The notes under the pieces are model-generated. The model searched no databases. It was not told the origin of the DNA and was given only the letters and a program-made list of their open reading frames with translations. Shown one piece after another: positions 40,677-50,461 of a stretch of DNA of 64,000 bases. The stretch comes from an uncultured Candidatus Saccharibacteria bacterium. GTDB taxonomy: Bacteria > Patescibacteriota > Minisyncoccia > Minisyncoccales > UBA5738. A program made the position numbers and the translations under genes. The stretch lies in the NCBI GenBank assembly GCA_964470995.1, contig CAYYEP010000003.1, positions 16,682-80,681 on the forward strand, written 5' to 3'. Position 1 is the first letter of the stretch. The number at the start of each line of letters is the position of its first letter.

Positions 40677-41586
40677 GCTATCTATTGTCATAGTAAATTA
40701 TAATGGCGGCAATATTATCAGAGAGTGTTTATCTTCGGTTTTTAGCAAGGTTAAAAATATCGATTTTGAAGTTATTGTTTCCGATAACGGATCGACAGAT
40801 GGGAGTGTCGAAACGATAAAAAATGAATTCCCGGGGATAATTATTGTTAAAAATGGTAATAATATCGGTTTTGCCGCCGCGAACAATGAGGCGGTAAAAA
40901 GCGCTCATGGGGAATATGTTTTATTACTGAATCCCGACACGCTCGTTTTGGATAAAAATATTTCCAAATTGGTTGAATTTATGGATAAAAATTCTCAAGC
41001 CGGCGCTTGTGGTCCGCAGATCTTGAATTCTGATATGACTATGCAACGCCAGTGCAAGCGGGGCTGGCCTACATTTCGTAATTCTTTTTTTTATTATTCC
41101 GGCTTATGGAAATTTTTTCCCAATTCGCGGAAATGGAAAAAGATAACCGGCGGCTATTTTTGCCTGGAGAAACCTGACGACCAAATATGTGAAGTCGACC
41201 AGCTAAGCGGCGCGGCGCTGCTGGTGAGGCGCGATATTTGGAAAAAATTAGCCGGAATGGATGAAAAATACATCATGTATTGGGATGATACCGATCTGTG
41301 CTTTCGGATAAAATCTCTTGGATATAAGATTTTTTACGTGCCGCAGTCCAAGATTATGCATTACGGCGGAGTCGGTGGCGCGCAGTTGCATGCTTTGCGG
41401 AATATGTGGTATTTCCATAATGGAGCTTGTATTTTTTATCACCGCTATCTTGCCAAAAAAACATTTTTTGTTTTTAATTGGATGTATTACGGCGGAGTCT
41501 GGGCGGCGTTTTGGGTAAAATTTTTGTCCAATGTATTTCGCAAGGAAAAAATTATCGGATCCAAAAAACCGCATAAAATTTGCTGA
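40669..41586 (+). CDS. Glycosyltransferase family 2 (WbbL-like)
   Basis: IVNYN, DNGSTDGS, GFAAANN, LLNPD, MYWDDTDLC. Confidence 0.85.
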   Translation: MVKLSIVIVNYNGGNIIRECLSSVFSKVKNIDFEVIVSDNGSTDGSVETIKNEFPGIIIVKNGNNIGFAAANNEAVKSAHGEYVLLLNPDTLVLDKNISKLVEFMDKNSQAGACGPQILNSDMTMQRQCKRGWPTFRNSFFYYSGLWKFFPNSRKWKKITGGYFCLEKPDDQICEVDQLSGAALLVRRDIWKKLAGMDEKYIMYWDDTDLCFRIKSLGYKIFYVPQSKIMHYGGVGGAQLHALRNMWYFHNGACIFYHRYLAKKTFFVFNWMYYGGVWAAFWVKFLSNVFRKEKIIGSKKPHKIC

Positions 41587-41588
41587 TA

Positions 41589-43025
41589 ATGGTTTTTAAT
41601 TCGGTATTTTTCATATTTTTATTTTTACCGCTTTTTTTGCTTGCATATTTTACCGCCAAAAAGGAATGGAGGAATTTTTTGATTGTTATGGCAAGCATGG
41701 TTTTCTATTTTTGGGATGGGAATAGGTCCGTTATGGTATTGGCTCTGTGTATTATTGCGAACTATATATTTGGCTTGTCTATAGAAAAATACCGTTCCCA
41801 AAAAACAGCCCCCGGAGAAATTATTTCAAGAAATATTTTAATTGCGGCGATCATTTTCAATGTCGCGTTGCTGGCGTTTTTTAAATATTCTAATTTCATA
41901 CTGGCGAGCTTATCTAACCTGTCATTTTTTCATTTTGGTGGGGCGGGCCATACCCCTCTGGGAATATCTTTTTTTATTTTCTCGCTCATATCGTATGTGG
42001 TTGACGTATACAGAAGAAAAGTTGCCGCACAGAAAAATGTCATTGATTTTTCGATGTATGCGGCGCTTTTCCCGAAATTGATCATGGGTCCGATCGTGAG
42101 GTATGCGGATATTGCCGGAACGGTAAAGGATCGGGCAATAACGTGCCGGAATTTTGCCCGCGGGATCGAAAGATTCATAATCGGCCTTTCCAAGAAGGTG
42201 CTTATTGCCGATAACGTAGGAATTATTGCCGACAATTTTTTTAATATGCGGCCGGATGAACTGTCGTTTGGGGTCGCCTGGCTGGGGATGATTTGCTATA
42301 TGATTCAAATTTATTTTGATTTTTCCGGATATTCCGATATGGCAATTGGTCTTGGCAAGATGATGGGGTTTAATTTTTTAGAAAATTTTAATTATCCTTA
42401 TATCTCGCGATCAATAAGGGAGTTTTGGCGCCGATGGCATATCTCGTTGTCGTCTTGGTTTAGGGATTATCTATATATCCCGCTCGGCGGAAATCGGAAG
42501 GGGAGAATTAGAACTTATTTGAATCTCATGGCTGTTTTTCTGCTTTGCGGCTTATGGCACGGGGCAAGCTGGCTGTTTGTCATCTGGGGCGGTTGGCATG
42601 GGATTTTTCTCGTTTTGGAGCGGTCGCCCTTCGGTAAATTTATGGATCGAAGAAACGCGGCATTTCAGCGTTTTTATATGCTCGTTGTTGTGATGATTGG
42701 CTGGGTATTTTTTCGGGCGGATTCTTTTTTCCAGGCGCTGAATATTTTTAAGAACATGTTCGGATTGAGCGGGCTTAGTATTGCGATCACGCCGGGGCTT
42801 ATGAACGCTAAAGGACTGGCTTCTTTACTTTTAGGCATTATTTTCTGCATCCCGATCGGCCAAGTATTAAAGGCGGCCGCCCAAAAAGTCAAAATAGCTG
42901 ACCGGGCGGTTCTTGGCGGCGTTGCGCAAGAGTTTAAAATGTGTCTGCTTCTATTGTTATTTGTTGTATGTTTGATTTTTTTATCCGGGGCCACTTATAG
43001 TCCGTTTATTTACTTCAATTTTTAG
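41589..43025 (+). CDS. algI: MBOAT O-acyltransferase (AlgI-like)
   Basis: PLGISFF, YFDFSGYSDMAIG, FWRRWHISLSSW, GLWHGA, FIYFNF. Confidence 0.9.
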   Translation: MVFNSVFFIFLFLPLFLLAYFTAKKEWRNFLIVMASMVFYFWDGNRSVMVLALCIIANYIFGLSIEKYRSQKTAPGEIISRNILIAAIIFNVALLAFFKYSNFILASLSNLSFFHFGGAGHTPLGISFFIFSLISYVVDVYRRKVAAQKNVIDFSMYAALFPKLIMGPIVRYADIAGTVKDRAITCRNFARGIERFIIGLSKKVLIADNVGIIADNFFNMRPDELSFGVAWLGMICYMIQIYFDFSGYSDMAIGLGKMMGFNFLENFNYPYISRSIREFWRRWHISLSSWFRDYLYIPLGGNRKGRIRTYLNLMAVFLLCGLWHGASWLFVIWGGWHGIFLVLERSPFGKFMDRRNAAFQRFYMLVVVMIGWVFFRADSFFQALNIFKNMFGLSGLSIAITPGLMNAKGLASLLLGIIFCIPIGQVLKAAAQKVKIADRAVLGGVAQEFKMCLLLLLFVVCLIFLSGATYSPFIYFNF

Positions 43026-43033
43026 GAATTCAA

Positions 43034-44134
43034 ATGTCGAGTATAATCACTAAGATTAAAAATAATAACGCGCGCTTTATTTTTATTTTCGTCGCCATAT
43101 TATTTTTGCCTTTACTTCAAATGATTTTTGGCTGGCTTGAGGAATTAAACTTGAGCGAAGGCAGAAGGCTGGCGGAAATGCCCAGTTTTGCCAGCTTAAA
43201 TGATGTAAGGCATTGGGATGATTATTTAAGGGCGTACGAATTGTTTTTTAATGACCATTATGGTTTTAGGTCGTATATGGTCAAACTCAATTCCGAAATT
43301 AATTTGAAGGTTTTTAACGTAAGCCCAAGGAATGATGTGATTATTGGAAAAGAAGGCTGGCTTTTTTATGATTCGCCTACGGATGGAGCAAGCTTAAAAG
43401 ATTTCTACGGGAAAGCCAATTTTGACCACAATCAATTGGCGTTAATAAGAAATAACCTATTAATATTAGAGAATGAATTTGCGAAAAGAAATATAAATTT
43501 TATTATTGTGATGGCGCCAAATAAGCATACTATTTATTCTGAATTTTTGCCGGATTATATCAGCGGAAATAGAGGATTAACGACAGCCGCGGATCAAATT
43601 GGCAAAATAGCGGATGAAACCGCCATAAATTACATAGACTTGCGGTCGTCGTTATTGCGAGCTAAAAATAACTATTCGTATCCGTTATATTATTTGACCG
43701 ACACTCATTGGAATAATTTAGGAGCCTGGGTCGCCTTCAATGAAATAAGGCCTCATCTTGTTTCCGGCAAAGGTAACGATTATGCGTGCGAATGTATGGA
43801 TACGGTTATTGGCGTGGCCGAGAATAAAGGATTTGGCGATTTGGCAATATATATCAATAATCAGGGAAAAATGAAAGATTATGAGATGAGCTACGCGATT
43901 CCCGGTAGCGGCTGCTCAAATGGCATAGAAGCCAATAAAAATTATCGCAAGCTCGCAATTATTGGCGATTCCTTCGCGGAAAAATTAGTTTATTATTTAT
44001 CGCAATCATTCGGGGAAGTTATCTCTGTGAAGGATGCTAAAATTGATTTTGAAGTTATCGATAAAGAAAAACCAGATATCGTGATCTATGAATTCGTCGA
44101 AAGGTATTATCACAATTTATTGATAAACCCGTAA
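43034..44134 (+). CDS. AlgJ/AlgX-like SGNH O-acetyltransferase
   Basis: GKEGWLFY, APNKHTIY, TDTHWN, IGDSF. Confidence 0.82.
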   Translation: MSSIITKIKNNNARFIFIFVAILFLPLLQMIFGWLEELNLSEGRRLAEMPSFASLNDVRHWDDYLRAYELFFNDHYGFRSYMVKLNSEINLKVFNVSPRNDVIIGKEGWLFYDSPTDGASLKDFYGKANFDHNQLALIRNNLLILENEFAKRNINFIIVMAPNKHTIYSEFLPDYISGNRGLTTAADQIGKIADETAINYIDLRSSLLRAKNNYSYPLYYLTDTHWNNLGAWVAFNEIRPHLVSGKGNDYACECMDTVIGVAENKGFGDLAIYINNQGKMKDYEMSYAIPGSGCSNGIEANKNYRKLAIIGDSFAEKLVYYLSQSFGEVISVKDAKIDFEVIDKEKPDIVIYEFVERYYHNLLINP

Positions 44135-44276
44135 AACCCCCAAGCAGGCGGTTATATTTGTAAACTGGCGCCTTGATTCCGGCGATAATCCGAGCTTTGC
44201 GAGACCCAGCTTCATGGGGCAGGTCGTTGAAGGTGGGGGAATCTATGCTATTATCGGTTTAACTCGAACATCAAAA

Positions 44277-45623
44277 ATGAGCCAAAGCGGAATTGTCAAA
44301 CTGATTTTAGCGGTTGTTGATATAGCCTTAATGTATCTGGCGCTGTTTTTGGTATTGGCTTTCCGCTATCATGATTTTTCGGTTTTCCCCGGGCCGCAAA
44401 GCGGAGAATTTTTTTTCCATTTCGCGTTTATTCATTTATTCTGGCTGGTGTTGCTTTACGCGTTCGATCTTTATGATGTTTTTCTAGTTAAAAAATTCCT
44501 GTTTTTTTTAAAAAACCTGTTTCTATTTTCGATCTTTGCGTTCGCGGCCGGAGCGGTGTATTTTTATCTTAATCTTCATTCGTTAATCTCGCCCAAAACG
44601 ATCCTGCTCTTCGATGTGCTGCTGTTTTCGTTTTTCGCGATGTTGCGCGGGTTTATTGCCGCCAAAGTTGCCGGATCAGAGCATTTTGGCAAGAATGTAG
44701 CGGTAGTTGGGTGGTGTTCCCAAATGGAAGAGATTGCGTGCGGCCATTTTGAAAGGTTTAATTATCGGATAGCGGCGGTTTTCCGTCCCAGCGCGCTGGA
44801 AGGATTCAATAATTTAGATATTTTTACCCGGCAAGATGATTTTATCGCCGCCCTGAAAGAAAAACGGGTAAGCTTGGTTGTCTTTGCCATTCCCGCGGGT
44901 ACGCGCCGGGCGCTAGCAGACTTGGTATCAAGGATCGATATCGGCATTAAGGTTACAACCATCGAAAGCGTTTATGAGGAAATGGCTGGCAAAATATCTC
45001 TGGAATTGATCGATAACATCTGGATGTCGGATATCGTTCGGCGTACATCGCGCCAAGGCTATGTTAACAGCAAAAGAATCTTTGACGCGGTATTTGCGGC
45101 TCTCGGTTTGGCGGCAACGGCAGTTATCTTTCCGATTGTGGCTCTGGCGGTAAAATTGGATTCAAAAGGGCCAATATTCTACATCCAAAAAAGGAAAGGG
45201 AAGATGGGTAAGGTTTTCAATCTCTACAAGTTTCGCACGATGACTGCCACCGATGACCAATATTCGGTTTTTCGCGCCGAAGCCGTTAACCAAGTGACGC
45301 GCGTGGGCCGGATCATCAAAAAAATTCACGTTGACGAATTCCCGCAATTTTTTAATATCTTAAGGGGAGATATCAGCTTTGTCGGGCCGCGGCCGGAATG
45401 GGAAAAGCTTGCCGCGGATTACGAAAAGGAAATTCCTTTTTACAAATACCGCTATCTGGTGCGCCCGGGTTTTACCGGCTGGGCACAGATTAATTACAAA
45501 GCATCGGCTACCGCCAAAGAAGCCCGGGAAAAGTTCGAATATGACCTTTATTACATCAAAAACCGTTCGTTCTTGCTGGATATGTCCATCATTACCAAAA
45601 CCATCCAGCTTTTCTTTCGCTAA
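44277..45623 (+). CDS. Initiating phosphoglycosyl transferase (WbaP/WcaJ-like)
   Basis: KRIFD, YKFRTM, DEFPQ, VGPRPE, PGFTGWAQ, YDLYYI. Confidence 0.9.
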   Translation: MSQSGIVKLILAVVDIALMYLALFLVLAFRYHDFSVFPGPQSGEFFFHFAFIHLFWLVLLYAFDLYDVFLVKKFLFFLKNLFLFSIFAFAAGAVYFYLNLHSLISPKTILLFDVLLFSFFAMLRGFIAAKVAGSEHFGKNVAVVGWCSQMEEIACGHFERFNYRIAAVFRPSALEGFNNLDIFTRQDDFIAALKEKRVSLVVFAIPAGTRRALADLVSRIDIGIKVTTIESVYEEMAGKISLELIDNIWMSDIVRRTSRQGYVNSKRIFDAVFAALGLAATAVIFPIVALAVKLDSKGPIFYIQKRKGKMGKVFNLYKFRTMTATDDQYSVFRAEAVNQVTRVGRIIKKIHVDEFPQFFNILRGDISFVGPRPEWEKLAADYEKEIPFYKYRYLVRPGFTGWAQINYKASATAKEAREKFEYDLYYIKNRSFLLDMSIITKTIQLFFR

Positions 45624-45664
45624 ATTAAGAATATTTTTAACCGACAATAAGCTAAAATAAAACT

Positions 45665-46417
45665 ATGGAAAACAAAAAAAATTCGCTAAATAAAGATTAC
45701 GATGAGATTGACTTGCGCGACGTGGCTGATGTGTTAGTCAAACGAAAAAAGATTATTATATTTTGCACCCTCGCGGCATTGGGTGTCGCGCTGGCCGCAA
45801 GCTTAATGATGCCCAAAATATATCGTGTTCAAACGGCCCTGGAAATAGGGACGGTCGATGGGGGTGTTTTGGTGGAAAGTATTGTTCAGATAAAAGACCG
45901 GGTTGATCGGGGATACTACTCGGAATTTCTTAAAAAAGAAGATACCGCGATATATCCGATAAAAACCGCCAATACCGCTGGCAGCGATATTATTACGCTC
46001 GCCGTTGAATCGCCCGACCGGGAGAGCGCGTTAAGTTTTCTTGAAAATATCGGCCAAATGATTATTGCGGAGCATAATAAATTAACTACGGCGCGCCGTC
46101 AATTTATTGACAGCCAAATTGCCGCCGCCGAATTCAACAGCAAAGACATTTCCGCAAGTATTAAAGCTCCCAGCCAGGAATGTTCCGCGGAAAAATATCT
46201 GGCGATTAATAATTTGGAGTCACATATTCTTAATCTTAAATTTGTTAGAACCCAAATCACCGATACCGCGATAGCGGGCGCGTCGGCGGCGCCGGAGACT
46301 CCGGTAAAACCCAATATTAAATTAAATGCGGTTATGGCCGCAATCTTGGGGCTGTTCTTCGGGGTTTTTGCTGTTTTATTTGGCAATTGGTGGCGGGAAA
46401 GCGGGATGACAAAATAG
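45665..46417 (+). CDS. wzz: Wzz chain-length regulator-like protein
   Basis: DEIDLRD N-terminus, two TM segments, PETPVKP. Confidence 0.75.
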   Translation: MENKKNSLNKDYDEIDLRDVADVLVKRKKIIIFCTLAALGVALAASLMMPKIYRVQTALEIGTVDGGVLVESIVQIKDRVDRGYYSEFLKKEDTAIYPIKTANTAGSDIITLAVESPDRESALSFLENIGQMIIAEHNKLTTARRQFIDSQIAAAEFNSKDISASIKAPSQECSAEKYLAINNLESHILNLKFVRTQITDTAIAGASAAPETPVKPNIKLNAVMAAILGLFFGVFAVLFGNWWRESGMTK

Positions 46418-46448
46418 GAAAGCATAAAATAGGTTGGGCAAGATGCAG

Positions 46449-46498
46449 TTTGTGCAAGGTCGCACCTTGCAAGCTTGCAAGGTGCGACCTTGCACAAA
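46449..46498. repeat. Perfect 50-bp REP-doublet palindrome
   Basis: tttgtgcaaggtcgcaccttgcaag|cttgcaaggtgcgaccttgcacaaa. Confidence 0.92.
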
Positions 46499-46515
46499 AG
46501 CTAAATAGCATAGTT

Positions 46516-48489
46516 ATGGAGAATAAGGGGATAATAAATTTTATAAAACTCGGGATATTTGCCGCGCTATTGACGCCGTTGATCAAGCACGCGGAGTTTT
46601 ATTTTCCTTATGTGGGTCCCAAAAGCATTTATTTTATGGCCTTGGCCGAATTGGTGTTCTTCGCCTGGGTCATTTTGGCCTGGCGCTGGAAGCAATACCG
46701 GCCCGATCTAAAAAACCCGCTTGTTATCGCCATTCTTGCCTCTTTGGCGGTATCGTTTGCCAGCGCGGCCGCCGGCGCCAATTTTTTGGTAAGTTTTTGG
46801 TCGAAGTTCGAGCGCATGGGCGGTATATTGATGTTTTTTCACCTCGTTGCGTTTACGCTCGCAGCCGCTTCAGTGATGGAAAGGACCGATTGGCGCCGCT
46901 TTTTTTACGCCACCGTCGCCATCGCTTCATATGTTGCTCTGGCGGCATTCTTCGATAAAAGCAACGGCGCTAATGAAGGGGGATTGATCGGCAATAATTC
47001 TTTCTGGGGTACTTATATTTTGTTTAATATTTTCTTCGCGCTTTACCTTTTTGTTTCCGCCCCTCGCCATGATTATAAAACAAAAGGCTTTGCCGCCGCC
47101 GCTTTTATGGCAATGGCGGCAAGCCTGATGCTGGTGGGAACTCGGTATTTGGCGTATATGGCCGGATCGGGAGAAGCACCGGCCGCAAGCCTTTTGGCCG
47201 ATATTTTTGGCACCGGCGCCCGGGCCGCCAAATTATCGCTGGTAGGGGGTATGCTATTGTTCTCCCTGCTTTGGTTTTCTTTCTCGAAGAGCCGCGCGGT
47301 TAAGCTTGCCAGCCGTCTTTTATTGGTCGCCGCTACTTCCTGCGGTGTGGTGCTGGTTGCGATGGCGCTTCAGCCCGGTAGTCAAGTTTATCGGTTTGCG
47401 GTCGAAAAGTTCAACCAATCTACGGTTCAGGGCCGCCTCGTCGTTTGGGAAATCGGTTGGAAGGGCTTTGTGGAACGCCCCCTGCTTGGTTGGGGCCCGG
47501 AAAACTTCAATCTGGTGTTCGCGCGCTATTTTAATCCCTGTATCGGATCGCCGGAATGCACCGGCGAAATTTGGTTTGATCGCGCGCACAATGTTGTCGT
47601 CGATACTCTGGTTGAGACCGGTGCCATCGGTTTAGCTGCTTATTTGGCGATCTTTGCGGCCGCGCTCTGGCTTTTATGGCAGCCGGTTTTCAAAAATGGG
47701 CAGGGTCTGGCCGAAGCTTCGGTAATTACGGCGTTGTTTGCGGCTTACTTTGTTCAAAACCTGACAGTTTTTGATATGGTGGTCAGTTATTTAATGTTTT
47801 TTATCTGTTTGGCGTTCATTATTTCGCGCGGCGCCGAAAAGCCGGCCGCTAAATACGCAGCTCCCTTGCCGGTAGTGTCCAAAATGGCGATTGCCGCCGC
47901 CGGTATGTTATGTTTTTATTTTTTTGTGGTTGGGCCGTTCCGAACCGATTATGGCGCGGTGGCCGCGGCTAAAGCCGTTTATGGTAGCGATCAGCGCATC
48001 GAGCTTAGCCGGAAAGCGTTAGCCGCGTCTCCTGTAGGCCGCGACCAGATAAGGAATTTCTTTGCCAAACAGTGGATTGTGGCAATGCAAAATGAAAAAG
48101 TTTTAAAAATCTTAACCGTCGGCGCCGCCGCGAAAAATTTTACTTACCTTGCTCAAGAACTGGAAAAAAGCCGCGCCGAATCGCCACTGAATCTGCAGGT
48201 ACGCCTGCGTCTGGCCGAGCTTTATAACTCATGGGGCTTGATCGACCAAAAAAAACTTATTCTCGCCGAAGAGGTTTTAAGCGAAGCCCATGATTTATCA
48301 CCCCAAAACCAGCAATATTATCTTGAGCTGGCGCAAACACGAATAGAACAGGCTCGCCTGGAAGACGCCCATTCCCTGATAAAACAGGCAAAAGATATTT
48401 ACTCCGCAAACCCGAACGTAAATGCTTCCTTGGAAAAAATCGAAAAGATTATAGACACTGCGTCTGCCGCCAAAACTCCAAAACAATGA
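46516..48489 (+). CDS. O-antigen ligase / O-oligosaccharyltransferase-like protein with C-terminal TPR
   Basis: SFWSKFERMGG, ERPLLGWGPENF, FDRAHN..LVETG; helical TPR-like tail. Confidence 0.75.
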   Translation: MENKGIINFIKLGIFAALLTPLIKHAEFYFPYVGPKSIYFMALAELVFFAWVILAWRWKQYRPDLKNPLVIAILASLAVSFASAAAGANFLVSFWSKFERMGGILMFFHLVAFTLAAASVMERTDWRRFFYATVAIASYVALAAFFDKSNGANEGGLIGNNSFWGTYILFNIFFALYLFVSAPRHDYKTKGFAAAAFMAMAASLMLVGTRYLAYMAGSGEAPAASLLADIFGTGARAAKLSLVGGMLLFSLLWFSFSKSRAVKLASRLLLVAATSCGVVLVAMALQPGSQVYRFAVEKFNQSTVQGRLVVWEIGWKGFVERPLLGWGPENFNLVFARYFNPCIGSPECTGEIWFDRAHNVVVDTLVETGAIGLAAYLAIFAAALWLLWQPVFKNGQGLAEASVITALFAAYFVQNLTVFDMVVSYLMFFICLAFIISRGAEKPAAKYAAPLPVVSKMAIAAAGMLCFYFFVVGPFRTDYGAVAAAKAVYGSDQRIELSRKALAASPVGRDQIRNFFAKQWIVAMQNEKVLKILTVGAAAKNFTYLAQELEKSRAESPLNLQVRLRLAELYNSWGLIDQKKLILAEEVLSEAHDLSPQNQQYYLELAQTRIEQARLEDAHSLIKQAKDIYSANPNVNASLEKIEKIIDTASAAKTPKQ

Positions 48490-48610
48490 TCGCATTTGAG
48501 TTTTCCAAGGCTTTGTCCTGAAATCTTGCAGAGTGAGGCCATGCGCGGCTTCGCGCAAACGCATTTCATTTCCGCGTTAAAAATGTAGAATTAAGAATTA
48601 CGATCATATT

Positions 48611-49498
48611 ATGGAATCAACTTCTATAAAAACAAACGAAATATTGGCTAATCATTGCACTTACCGCATTGGCGGCCCGGCAAAGTGTTATTTTAGCGCG
48701 GCTGGCGAAGACGAGGTTGCCGCCAGTTTGGAAGTTGCCCGCGAAAACAACCTGCCCTTTTTTATTCTTGGGGGAGGTAGCAATGTTTTGTTTTCCGATG
48801 AAGGATTCCCGGGAATGGTGGTAAAAATGGATAATAATTCCATCGATGCCCGCGACAATGGGGAAAAAACTACTGTTATTGTCGGCGCCGGCACTCCGTT
48901 GGCCGCGCTGGTAAAATTCACCCGTGATAATTCTCTTACCGGAATGGAATGGGCCGCCGGGATTCCGGGGACCGTGGGCGGTGCCATCCGCGGCAACGCC
49001 GGCGCTTTTCATCATGAAGTGGGGGAAAGTGTTTTAAAGGTGCGCGTTCTGCAGGTTGTTGCCGCCGGAATCGAAACCAGACTGTTTCAAAAAAACGATT
49101 GTGCGTTCGCATATCGCAACAGCGCGTTCAAGTGCAACAAAAATCTGGTGATTGTTTCGGCCGCACTGTCGTTTGACAAGGGGGATCCGCGAAAGATCGA
49201 ATCCGAAATTCAAGAGTATCTTGCCAAAAAAAATACCACCCAGCCGCTGGACCATCCATCGGCCGGTTCAGTGTTCGCCAACCCCGAAGGTTTTTTCGCG
49301 GGTAAGATTATTGAGGAATGCGGCTTCAAAGGTAGGGTTGTCGGCGGCGCCAAGGTTTCAGAAAAACACGCCAATTTTATCGTCAATCTGGGCGGTGCGA
49401 CTGCCGCCGATGTTAAAAAGATTATTTCTTTGATTAAAAAATCCGCCCAGGAAAAATTCGGCGTTAACCTGGAAGAAGAAATCGAGATCGTGCGATAA
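48611..49498 (+). CDS. murB: UDP-N-acetylenolpyruvoylglucosamine reductase
   Basis: RIGGPA, GGGSNVL, GIPGTVGGA..NAGA, PSAGSVF, HANFIVN. Confidence 0.95.
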   Translation: MESTSIKTNEILANHCTYRIGGPAKCYFSAAGEDEVAASLEVARENNLPFFILGGGSNVLFSDEGFPGMVVKMDNNSIDARDNGEKTTVIVGAGTPLAALVKFTRDNSLTGMEWAAGIPGTVGGAIRGNAGAFHHEVGESVLKVRVLQVVAAGIETRLFQKNDCAFAYRNSAFKCNKNLVIVSAALSFDKGDPRKIESEIQEYLAKKNTTQPLDHPSAGSVFANPEGFFAGKIIEECGFKGRVVGGAKVSEKHANFIVNLGGATAADVKKIISLIKKSAQEKFGVNLEEEIEIVR

Positions 49499-49564
49499 GT
49501 GCAATAAATCGGAAAAAAAGGAACCGCTGTTGCGGTTTTTTGGTTATTAAAGCCGAAATTTTAC

Positions 49565-49602
49565 TTAAGTATATACTTAGTATATACTAAGTATATACTT
49601 AA
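49565..49602. repeat. Perfect 38-bp palindrome built from three AGTATATACT units
   Basis: ttaagtatatacttagtatatactaagtatatacttaa. Confidence 0.85.
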
Positions 49603-49778
49603 CTTAAAAAAATATTTCCCAGTTATTTTTTTTTAGTTTTCCACACTTGACAAACTTGTATGAAGTGAAAAAATAATATTAGGATACTGTAAAATTTTTT
49701 TAAAAAATTTTTCAAGTATCCAACGGTCGAAAATTTTTTTAAAAAAATAACGGACCGCAAAATGGTCCGGCAAAAAAA

Positions 49779-49847
49779 ATGGCAACAAAAAAACCTGTGA
49801 AGAAGGCTGCCAAGAAGAAGCCTGCCGCCAAGAAAAAGAGGAAGTAG
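49779..49847 (+). CDS. 22-aa Lys/Ala-rich histone-H1-like peptide (MATKKPVKKAAKKKPAAKKKRK)
   Basis: Translated by hand; consistent AAG/GCC codon use; too short for the ORF track. Confidence 0.6.
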   Translation: MATKKPVKKAAKKKPAAKKKRK

Positions 49848-49911
49848 TTTTCGCAAAACATTTTTTGTGAAACCGCAGTTAAAGCCAGCTTTAATAAACG
49901 ATCATAAAATT

Positions 49912-50004
49912 ATGGTGGTAGTACCGAAAAAAAAGAAGGCTCGTCCTTCAAAAGAAAATAAATTGAAAGCCCGCAAGAGCAAGAAAAGAGTTTCCAACCG
50001 GTAA
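49912..50004 (+). CDS. 30-aa basic peptide (MVVVPKKKKARPSKENKLKARKSKKRVSNR)
   Basis: Translated by hand; follows the first basic peptide. Confidence 0.45.
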   Translation: MVVVPKKKKARPSKENKLKARKSKKRVSNR

Positions 50005-50149
50005 TTTCTCGCACTGGCAAACTTTTTTCCCGGATAGGGAAGTAAAAATTAAAGCAGCTTTAACAACAAAAGGAATATTCTAAACAAATATCCTTTTGTT
50101 GTTGCGTTTATATTGCAATCTCAACCGTGCCGCCGGTTTTTTTATTTAC

Positions 50150-50289
50150 CTGCCAGAATACCTCGGAGCTTTGCCGCGGGGATGAATGGCGGCCGCAGCG
50201 TCGCGGAGGCTAAAAACTTACTCTTCCTAACGCGCAGCGTAAGCGGAGCGGAAGGAATACCTCTGAGCTTTGCCGCGGGGTAGTTTATT
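50150..50289 (+). mobile_element. Non-autonomous IS200/IS605-type miniature element (PATE-like)
   Basis: Two 26-bp direct repeats gaatacctc(g/t)gagctttgccgcgggg, each an imperfect hairpin, followed by atgaatgg and tagtttat. Confidence 0.6.
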
Positions 50290-50461
50290 TGTATTGGCGG
50301 TAGCTCCCATAGGCGTCGCCAATTGGAGCTTGTGTATTTCGGATTTTTTAAACTTTGATATAATAACTGTACTTCGAGGTATTTTAATTGACCGGCCGCG
50401 CCGATTTATCCGATACAATACATATATGTTTCGGAAAGATTTTCGCGGCGGTTCGTCAAAG

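Noticed and set aside
32705-44155. ops-like GGCGGTTAT twice in intergenic gaps of the glycan locus
   Set aside because: It differs from ops (GGCGGTAG), no RfaH-like gene is in view, and two 9-mers could be chance.
46387-46515. N-terminal extensions reading CKVAPC..ARCDLA on the ligase and on the RAYT (22539-22628)
   Set aside because: These are translations of REP palindromes upstream of the likely ATGs at 46516 and 22629.
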